Of a DNA stretch of 64,000 bases, positions 35,796-43,300 are shown one piece after another. Origin of the DNA: Anaerolineae bacterium. Lineage in GTDB: Bacteria; Chloroflexota; Anaerolineae; JACIWR01. The notes beneath the pieces are model-generated. The model was not told the origin of the DNA. It saw nothing but the letters and a program-made list of their open reading frames with translations, and did no database searches. A program made the position numbers and the translations under genes. Each line of letters begins with the position of its first letter. Position 1 is the first letter of the stretch. The stretch covers positions 10,228 to 74,227 of the forward strand of contig JANLFX010000001.1 of the NCBI GenBank assembly GCA_024653325.1. Reading direction: 5' to 3'.

Positions 35796-37593
35796 AATCG
35801 GCATTTTCGTCTGTCACTGCGGACTCAACATCGCCGGCACCATTGACGTGCAGCGGGTGGTGGAGGAAATCAAGAAGTACCCCGGCGTGGCCTTCGCCGC
35901 CGACTACAAGTACATGTGCTCGGACCCCGGCCAGGCGCTCATCCGGCAGGCCATTGCCGATTATGGGCTGGACGGCATCGTGGTCGCCGCCTGTTCACCG
36001 GCGATGCACGAGGTGACTTTCCGCAAAGCGGCTCGCGCGGCGGGGGTCAACCCCTATCTGACCGAGATCGCCAACATCCGCGAGCAGATAAGCTGGGTGC
36101 ATCAGACGCAGCCCGAAGAAGCGACACGCAAGGCTATCGAGACCATCGCGACCATCGTCGAGAAGGTGCGCTACGACGAAGCATTGGTGCCTTTCAGCCT
36201 GCCGGTGGTCAAGCGGGCGCTGGTCATCGGCGGAGGCATCGCTGGCATGACGACGGCGTTGCACATCGCCGACGCCGGTTATCCGGTGGTGCTGGTCGAG
36301 CGGGAGGCGCAGCTCGGTGGAAAGATGCGTCAGCTTTCGGGGCTGTACCTCAACTTCGACGCCGCGCCCGATCTGTTGGAAACCAAAATCGCGGCGGTGA
36401 TGCAGCATCCCAACATCCAGGTGCTTACCAATGCTGAAGTAGTAGAGCTTGGTGGATACGTTGGCAACTTCACCGTTAAGATCAGTTCCAGGTTCCAGGT
36501 TCCAGGTTACAAGTTACAAGTTCCAGGTTCTGAGATAGCCCAATCAGGAATAAACCCTCAACCTGAAACCCTGCAACCTGAAACCCTGCAACCTGAAACC
36601 CCGCAACCCGAAACTTTCACCTTCGACATCGGCGCTATCGTGGTCGCCACCGGCTTCGATCTGCTGCCCAAGTCCGAGCTGGGCGAATACGGCGGCGGTC
36701 GCCCACCGGACGTGATTGACGGCCTGCAGTTCGAGCGGATGCTGGCCGAGGGTGAGATTCGTCGTCCCTCCGACGGAGCGGTGCCGAAAGAGGTGGTGTG
36801 GGTACAGTGCGCCGGTTCCCGCGACCCCGAATTGCACATGCCCTACTGCTCGAAGATATGTTGCATGTACGTGGCCAAGCAGGCCATGGCCTACAAGCAG
36901 CGCGTCCCCGACGGCCAGGCCTACGTCTTCTACATTGACATCCGTTCCCAGGGCAAGGGCTACGAGGAATTCGTGCAGCGGGCGATGACTGAGTACGACG
37001 TGCTTTACCTGCGCGGCAAGGTGGCCCGCGTTTTCGAAGAGGATGGGCGGGTGGTGGTGTACGGTGTGGATACTCTCAGCGGCAAGGCGGTCGAGGTGCA
37101 GGCTGATTTGGTGGTGCTGGCCACGGCGGTGGTACCCAGCGCCGGGGCCCGCGACCTGGCCCAGCGATTGCGTGTCTCCACCGACGAGTACGGCTTCTTC
37201 TCCGAGGCGCACCCCAAGCTGCGCCCCGTGGAGAGCCTGACGGCGGGCATCTTCTTGGCCGGAGCGGCCCAGTTCCCCAAGGACATCCCGGAGACCGTGG
37301 CCCAGGCCAGCGGGGCGGCAGCCAAAGTGTTGGGCCTGTTCGCCCAGCGGGAGATGGTACAGGAGCCGACCATCGCTTTCGTAGACGAGGAGTTGTGCGC
37401 CGGCTGCGGACTGTGCGTGGCCGCCTGCCCCTACGAGGCGCGGGTAATGCATCCCTGGAAGCCCATCGCCGTGGTGCAGACGGCGTTGTGCCAGGGTTGC
37501 GGAGCGTGTGTGGTGGCCTGTCCCAACAAGGCCAGCTCGCTGCGCAATCTGTCTACGGAGCAGTTGCTAACCATGATGGAGCCGGTGTTGTGA
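35788..37593 (+). CDS. hdrA: Second HdrA-like subunit: N-terminal Cys-rich domain, FAD domain with a repeat-encoded linker in place of the inserted ferredoxin, and a C-terminal 2x[4Fe-4S] ferredoxin
   Basis: ATG 35788 has an AAAGGAACGGGA SD and overlaps the hdrA1 stop (ATGCGTAA). Motifs IFVCHCGLNIAG...VVAACSP, GGGIAGMTTAL, CAGSRD...YCSKICCMY and CAGCGLCVAACP...CQGCGACVVACP. Confidence 0.8.
   Translation: MRKIGIFVCHCGLNIAGTIDVQRVVEEIKKYPGVAFAADYKYMCSDPGQALIRQAIADYGLDGIVVAACSPAMHEVTFRKAARAAGVNPYLTEIANIREQISWVHQTQPEEATRKAIETIATIVEKVRYDEALVPFSLPVVKRALVIGGGIAGMTTALHIADAGYPVVLVEREAQLGGKMRQLSGLYLNFDAAPDLLETKIAAVMQHPNIQVLTNAEVVELGGYVGNFTVKISSRFQVPGYKLQVPGSEIAQSGINPQPETLQPETLQPETPQPETFTFDIGAIVVATGFDLLPKSELGEYGGGRPPDVIDGLQFERMLAEGEIRRPSDGAVPKEVVWVQCAGSRDPELHMPYCSKICCMYVAKQAMAYKQRVPDGQAYVFYIDIRSQGKGYEEFVQRAMTEYDVLYLRGKVARVFEEDGRVVVYGVDTLSGKAVEVQADLVVLATAVVPSAGARDLAQRLRVSTDEYGFFSEAHPKLRPVESLTAGIFLAGAAQFPKDIPETVAQASGAAAKVLGLFAQREMVQEPTIAFVDEELCAGCGLCVAACPYEARVMHPWKPIAVVQTALCQGCGACVVACPNKASSLRNLSTEQLLTMMEPVL
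36484..36614 (+). repeat. In-frame tandem-repeat insert inside hdrA2 ((AGGTTCC)x6 then (AACCTGAAACCCTGC)x3.5), encoding QVPGYKLQVPGSEIAQSGINPQPETLQPETLQPETPQPET
   Basis: The repeat arrays are in the nucleotide sequence. Unit lengths 7x6=42 and 15 keep the frame. The position matches where HdrA1 carries its ferredoxin insert. Confidence 0.8.
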
Positions 37594-37609
37594 GAGGAGG
37601 GTGGGTCAT

Positions 37610-37638
37610 GTGCGACGCACCTCTCAGGTGCGTCGCAC
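37610..37638 (+). terminator. GC hairpin GTGCGACGCACCT-ctca-GGTGCGTCGCAC after hdrA2
   Basis: 12-13 bp perfect stem 17 nt after the TGA. No U-tract. Confidence 0.45.
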
Positions 37639-37661
37639 GTGACAAATGTGAGTGAGACCTT

Positions 37662-37731
37662 TGTCAACGAATGGCGAAACGAATAAACGAATGTCGGACC
37701 ATGCGTTTATTCGTTGGCTATTCGTTGACAG
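37662..37731. repeat. Palindromic CGAAT-iteron element family 2, copy 2
   Basis: TGTCAACGAATGGCGAAACGAATAAACGAATG...TTTATTCGTTGGCTATTCGTTGACAG. More than 85% identical to 6842-6921. Confidence 0.65.
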
Positions 37732-37797
37732 AGCATGGCGAGCCGGGATGGCGGACAGGGCCGTCCGCCGCTACACCTCTCGCTTGAGGAGCGAAAC

Positions 37798-38331
37798 GTG
37801 ACCGAGACAGCAACCTCGTTCTCCGAAATCATCCAGGCCCGCAGCGGCGAACCGCTGCACACTTGCTACTTCTGTCAGAAGTGCACGGCGGGTTGCCCGG
37901 TGGCCTATGCTATGGACTACAAACCGGCCCAGGTGGTGCGCCTGATCCTGTTAGGACGCCGGGACACGCTTTTGCGCAGCAACGCCCCCTGGCTCTGCGT
38001 GGGTTGTGATACCTGTGGTGCGCGTTGCCCTAACGATATTTACCTGGCCCCTGTCATGGACGTGCTCAAGGAGATGGCGCTGGAGGCGGGCCTTGCCCCG
38101 GCAGAGAAGAAGGTCTACGCGCTGCATCAATCGTTCCTGGATTCCATCAAGCTGTGGGGACGCACGCATGAGCTTTCGATGCTGATGGAGTACAAACTGC
38201 GCGCCGTGGACCTCTTCACCGACCTGGACCTGGGCCTGCGGTTGATGCTAAAGGGGAAGATTTCCATGTTGCCGGAAAGGATTAAGGACCTGGAGCGAGT
38301 GCGAGCCTTGTACAGGAGGGTGGGACGGTGA
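37798..38331 (+). CDS. hdrC: HdrC-like 4Fe-4S protein, second copy
   Basis: GTG 37798 with a GAGGAG SD. The ORF track ATG at 37735 has no SD. Motifs CYFCQKCTAGCP and CVGCDTCGARCP. Confidence 0.75.
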   Translation: MTETATSFSEIIQARSGEPLHTCYFCQKCTAGCPVAYAMDYKPAQVVRLILLGRRDTLLRSNAPWLCVGCDTCGARCPNDIYLAPVMDVLKEMALEAGLAPAEKKVYALHQSFLDSIKLWGRTHELSMLMEYKLRAVDLFTDLDLGLRLMLKGKISMLPERIKDLERVRALYRRVGR

Positions 38332-39185
38332 GGTATTCCTATTATCCGGGTTGCACTTTAAGCTCGACCGGCGTAGAATATGGGCAGTCGGTGGCCGCGG
38401 TCTGTGAGGTGCTGGGCATTGAGCTGGTGGAGCTGGAGGACTGGAGCTGTTGTGGCTCCTCCTCGGCCCACGCCCTGGACCACGAACTGGCTCTCAGCCT
38501 GCCGGTGCGCAACATCGCCCTGGCCCAACCGGCTGGAATGGATACCCTCATGCCCTGCCCGGCCTGCTACCAGCGGACGTTGCGCGCCGACAGGCGTCTG
38601 CGCGAGGATGAGGCCTGGCGTCGGGAGATGGAAGCGCTGTTGGGCTTTGCCTACGACGGCCAGGGCCGCCCTCGCCATCTGCTGGACGTGCTGGGACACG
38701 ACCTGCCGGCGGAGGCTATCTCCTCCCGCGTGCGGCGTCCGCTGAAGGGGCTCAAGCCGGTCAGCTACTACGGCTGTATGCTCGTCCGCCCACCCAAACT
38801 CACCGGCTGGGACGACCCTGAACATCCCGTGCTCATGGATCGTCTGCTGAGCACTCTCGGCGCGGAACCGGTGGTCTGGTCCTATGGCGTGGACTGTTGC
38901 GGGGGTAGCTTGTCCTTGGACCGCAGCGATGTGGTCAAGACCCTGGTGGGCCGCCTGGCGACTGCCGCTGCGGAGGCGGGGGCCAATTGCATCGTCACCG
39001 TCTGTGGCATGTGCCACATCAACCTGGACACGCGCCAACAGGGCACGCAAATGCCCGTCTTTTATCTGACCGAGTTGATGGGCCTGGCCCTGGATTTGCC
39101 GGGACAGGAGCAATGGTTTAATAAGCATTTTATCAATCCGCTGCCGTTATTGGCATCGCTGGGGTTGGTGGGGCAGCGGCGTTAA
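38328..39185 (+). CDS. hdrB: HdrB-like CCG-domain protein, second copy
   Basis: GTG start overlapping the hdrC2 stop. Motifs DWSCCGSSSAHAL and GVDCCGGSLSL. Confidence 0.8.
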   Translation: MRYSYYPGCTLSSTGVEYGQSVAAVCEVLGIELVELEDWSCCGSSSAHALDHELALSLPVRNIALAQPAGMDTLMPCPACYQRTLRADRRLREDEAWRREMEALLGFAYDGQGRPRHLLDVLGHDLPAEAISSRVRRPLKGLKPVSYYGCMLVRPPKLTGWDDPEHPVLMDRLLSTLGAEPVVWSYGVDCCGGSLSLDRSDVVKTLVGRLATAAAEAGANCIVTVCGMCHINLDTRQQGTQMPVFYLTELMGLALDLPGQEQWFNKHFINPLPLLASLGLVGQRR

Positions 39186-39208
39186 TGTAGTGCATTCAGG
39201 AGTGAAAA

Positions 39209-39772
39209 ATGGAGAAAACGCTCAAGTCGTACCGTTCAGTAGCCACTTTGCCCGATGGAACTCAGGTGATCTTACGTCCCCTGCAACAAAGTGATGGGTC
39301 CCGCCTGCTGGACATGTTCAAAAGGGTCAGCGAAGGCGACCTGGATTACTTCCGCTCTGACGTGCGCAATCAGGAGGTGCTGGAGGAATGGGTGACCCAC
39401 CTGGACTACGACCGGGTCTTCCCCCTGGTCGCCGTGTGCGATGACCGCATCGTGGGGGACGCGACCTTGCACTTCGGCACCGGGCCGCACCACCACATCG
39501 CTGAGGTGCGCATCTTCCTCGTTGAGGAGTTTCGCCGGCGGGGGCTGGGTACTCTCATGCTGCAGACCCTGGTGCAACTGGCCAAGAGGATGGGCTTGTA
39601 TCAACTGGTGGCCGAGATCCCGATGGAGCAGAGTCATGTGATCAAGGCGTTCAAGGCCATTGGCTTCTCGTCCAAGTTCATCCGCGAAGACTACTTCATG
39701 ACCCCCGACGGCCTGACCCACGACGTGGTCGTGCTCACCCTGCGCCTGGTGGACCGCACGGGGGAGTTCTGA
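39209..39772 (+). CDS. GNAT-family acetyltransferase
   Basis: VRIFLVEEFRRRGLGTLMLQTLVQLAKRMG is an acetyl-CoA binding motif. Confidence 0.7.
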   Translation: MEKTLKSYRSVATLPDGTQVILRPLQQSDGSRLLDMFKRVSEGDLDYFRSDVRNQEVLEEWVTHLDYDRVFPLVAVCDDRIVGDATLHFGTGPHHHIAEVRIFLVEEFRRRGLGTLMLQTLVQLAKRMGLYQLVAEIPMEQSHVIKAFKAIGFSSKFIREDYFMTPDGLTHDVVVLTLRLVDRTGEF

Positions 39773-39803
39773 TCACCACGCCGGGCGAGGGGGGAGGGGC
39801 GGT

Positions 39804-40085
39804 TTGGGTTACCGCCGTCTATTGGGAGGGAGACCCGTGTCACAAGCCAATGTGAAATTGACGATTCCCTTCGAGTCGCTGGTTGAATCCATCACCAGGC
39901 TGGGCCTCAAGGAGAAACTCCGGCTTTGGCAATTGCTCACCGAGCAAATCGCCCAGCTAGAGGAAGAGCTATGGGAGCAGGACCCAATTGCTCAGGCCGA
40001 GATTCGGGAGGCACGCGAGGCCTACCAGGCTGGGGACTATGTGACCATTGATGAGTACCTTGCCCGTCAGCAGAGCAAAAGCTGA
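39804..40085 (+). CDS. Putative antitoxin of a RelE/ParE-type toxin-antitoxin pair
   Basis: Small acidic ORF with a TTG start at 39804 or GTG at 39837, each after a GGGAGG box. Its stop overlaps the toxin ATG (TGATG). Confidence 0.45.
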   Translation: MGYRRLLGGRPVSQANVKLTIPFESLVESITRLGLKEKLRLWQLLTEQIAQLEEELWEQDPIAQAEIREAREAYQAGDYVTIDEYLARQQSKS

Positions 40086-40347
40086 TGAATTACCAGGTCC
40101 TCGTCCCCAAGCCGGTGCAAAAACATTGGATGGTTTGCCCGAAAACGTACGCAGGCGGATTATTCAGCGAATCGTGGCATTGAAAGAGAACCCACGTCCA
40201 CCAGGGTCTGTCAAATTGAAGGGTTACGAGAACGAGTACCGAATCCGCGTGGGCGACTATCGGGTGAGATACGAAGTTTGGGACAACGAGGCCGTTGTAC
40301 TGTTGCTGCATTGCGGGCATCGGAAAGATGTGTACAGGCGGCGCTGA
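40085..40347 (+). pseudogene. RelE/ParE-family toxin gene with a 1-nt frameshift in an A5 tract
   Basis: ATG 40085 gives MNYQVLVPKPVQK, a typical RelE N-terminus. The remainder, TLDGLPENVRRRIIQRIVALKENPRPPGSVKLKGYENEYRIRVGDYRVRYEVWDNEAVVLLLHCGHRKDVY, is in the -1 frame. The frames meet in CAAAAAC at 40117-40123, and one extra A would restore an 87-aa protein. Confidence 0.55.
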
Positions 40348-40381
40348 CGGACAGTAGACCACGAAAGTAAGAGGTGTAAAC

Positions 40382-43300
40382 TTGGGTTCCGAGAGCGACA
40401 GCGTTGTCAGATCGGATTCAGTGGTAGGTGCCGTATTGGTCGTCGGCGGCGGCATCGGGGGCATGCAGGCCGCGTTGGACCTGGCTGGCGCCGGCTTCAA
40501 GGTCTATCTGCTGGAGGAGAAGCCAGCCATCGGCGGCATCATGGCCCAGTTGGACAAGACTTTCCCCACCAACGACTGCGCCATGTGCATCATGTCCCCC
40601 AAGCTGGTGGAATGTGGCCGCCACCTGAATATCGAGATCATCACTGGTGCCGAGTTGCAGGAACTGCGTGGCCAGCCGGGCAATTTCACCGCCGTGGTGC
40701 ATCAGCGGGCCAGGTTTGTGGACCTGGACAAGTGCACCGGCTGCGGCGATTGCGCCCAGGCCTGCCCGGTGAAATTGCCGGACCTGTTTAACGCTGGCCT
40801 GGCGGAGCGTAAGGCCATCTACAAGCTCTACCCGCAGGCCACGCCTAACGCCTACGCCATCGAGAAACGGGGCACCTCCCCCTGCCGCCATGCCTGCCCT
40901 ATCCACCAGCGGGCCCAGGGCTACATCGCCCTCATCCGCGAACAGCGATACGCGGAGGCCTATCGCGTCATCAAAGAGGATAACCCCTTCCCCGCCATCT
41001 GTGGCCGCATCTGTAACCACCGCTGCGAGGATGAGTGCTCCCGCAACAAAGTGGACGAGCCAATTTCCATTATGGCCCTCAAGCGCTTCGTCGTTGACCG
41101 GGTGCAGGATATGGAGCGCGAGCCCATCACTCCCCCGCAGCGCATCCACGAGGAGCGCATCGCCATTGTCGGTTCCGGTCCGGCGGGGCTGACCGCCGCC
41201 CACGATCTGGTGAAAATGGGTTACGGGGTCACCGTCTTCGAGGCGCTGCCCGTGGCGGGGGGGATGATGCGCGTCGGCGTGCCCGAGTACCGCCTGCCCG
41301 CCAAGTTGATCCAACGCGAGATTGACGACATCCTGGCCCTGGGAGTGGAGCTCAAACTCAACACCCGCGTGGACGATGTGGACGCGCTGCTCAAGGACGG
41401 CTACGCCGCCGTGTTCCTGGCGGTGGGCGCGCACCAGGGCCGCAAGCTGCGCATTCCAGGGGCCGATTTGCCCGGCGTGCTGCTCAACACCGATTTTCTG
41501 CGCCAGGTGCGCCTGGGCGAGCGACCGGCGTTGGGCGAGCGGGTGTTGGTGCTGGGTGGCGGTAACGTGGCCGTGGACGTGGCCCGCACGGCGGTGCGCC
41601 TGGGGGCCAAAGAGGTGTACATGAGCTGCCTGGAAGGCCGCGAGAGTATGCCCGCCCATCCCTGGGAGATCGCCGAGGCCGAGGAAGAAGGGGTGCGCAT
41701 CTTTCCCGGGCGTACCTTCAAAGAAATCGTGGCCCGCGACGGTCGGGTGGCGGGGGTGCGCTGCTGGGAGGTGGACTTTCGCGGTTTCACCGCCGATGGC
41801 CGCCTGGACATGGACGAGTTCCCGGAGACAGAGCACATCATCGAGGCCGACACCGTCATCTTCGCCATCGGCCAAATGCCGGACCTGAGACTGCTGGGCG
41901 AGGACGGTCAGATCAGGATGACGCGACAGCGTACCATCGAAGTTGACCCGGAGACGCTGGTCACGGGCAAGCCGGGGGTCTTCGCCGGCGGGGACGTGGT
42001 GACAGGCACGGCTTTTGTGGTGGAAGCTATCGCCGCCGGACACAAGGCGGCCCGTTCCATTGACCGCTTCCTGCGGGGTGAGGAACTGGGCGCGCGCGAG
42101 CCGGTCCTGCAGCCCAAAGTCGAGCTGAGCGCGGAGGAGATTCGGGAGCGGCTGGAGCAGGGGGACATCGTGCCCCGGCCCCGGGCGCGAGCGCGCAATC
42201 TGCCCGTGGAAGAGCGCGTTAACAACTTCTGTGAGGTGAGCCTGGGTCTGAGCGAAGAGGAAGCTCTGGCGGAGGCGCAGCGCTGTCTCTCCTGCGGGAT
42301 TTGCTCCGAATGTCTGGAGTGTGTTTACGCCTGTAAAGCTGGGGCCGTGAACCACGAGATGACGGACCAGGTCCGCGAGTTGAACGTGGGGGCCGTGATC
42401 CTCACCCCCGGCGTGGAGCTCTTCGACGCCCGTCTCAAGGGCGAGTACGGTTACGGCTATTATCCCAACGTGGTGACCAGTATCGAGTTCGAGCGCATCC
42501 TCTCCGCCTCGGGGCCTTTCGGCGGGCACGTGCAGCGTCCTTCGGACGGCAAAGAGCCAAAGCGCATCGCCTGGTTGCAATGCATTGGCTCCCGCGACGC
42601 GGCCTGTGGGCAGGATTACTGCTCCGCCGTGTGTTGTATGTACGCCATCAAAGAGACCATCATCGCCAAAGAGCACCTGCCTGGCGTGGAGACGACGGTC
42701 TTCTTCCTGGACATCCGCGCCTTCGGCAAGGACTTCGACAAGTACTATGAGACAGCCAGGACCCGGCATGGGGTGCGTTTTATCCGCAGCTTTGTCTCCT
42801 CGGTGAAGCAGGTGCCGGGCACGAAGAACCTGCGCATCACCTACGTGGGCGAGGACGGGGAACTGCGCGAGGAGGAGTTCGACCTGGTGGTGCTCTCCGT
42901 CGGGCTGCGGCCCACGGCATCGGCGCAGGAGATGGCTCGTCGGCTGGGGTTGCAGCTCAATCGCTTCGGCTTCTGCGAGAGCGAGGCTTTCGCCCCCACG
43001 GAGACGACGCGGCCCGGCGTGTTCGTCGCCGGGGCCTTCGGCGAACCGAAGGACATCCCGGAGACGGTGGTAGAGGCTTCCTGCGCGGCAGCCCATGCCT
43101 CGCGTTTGCTGGCCCCTGCGCGCGGCACGTTGACGCGGGTCAAAGAGTACCCGCCAGAGCGGGATGTCTCCGATGAGGAGCCGCGTGTGGGCGTTTTCAT
43201 CTGTCATTGTGGCATCAACATCGGCGCCGTGGTGGACGTGCCCCAGGTGGTGGAGTACGCTAAGACGCTGCCCGGGGTGGCCTATGCCGAGCACAATCTC

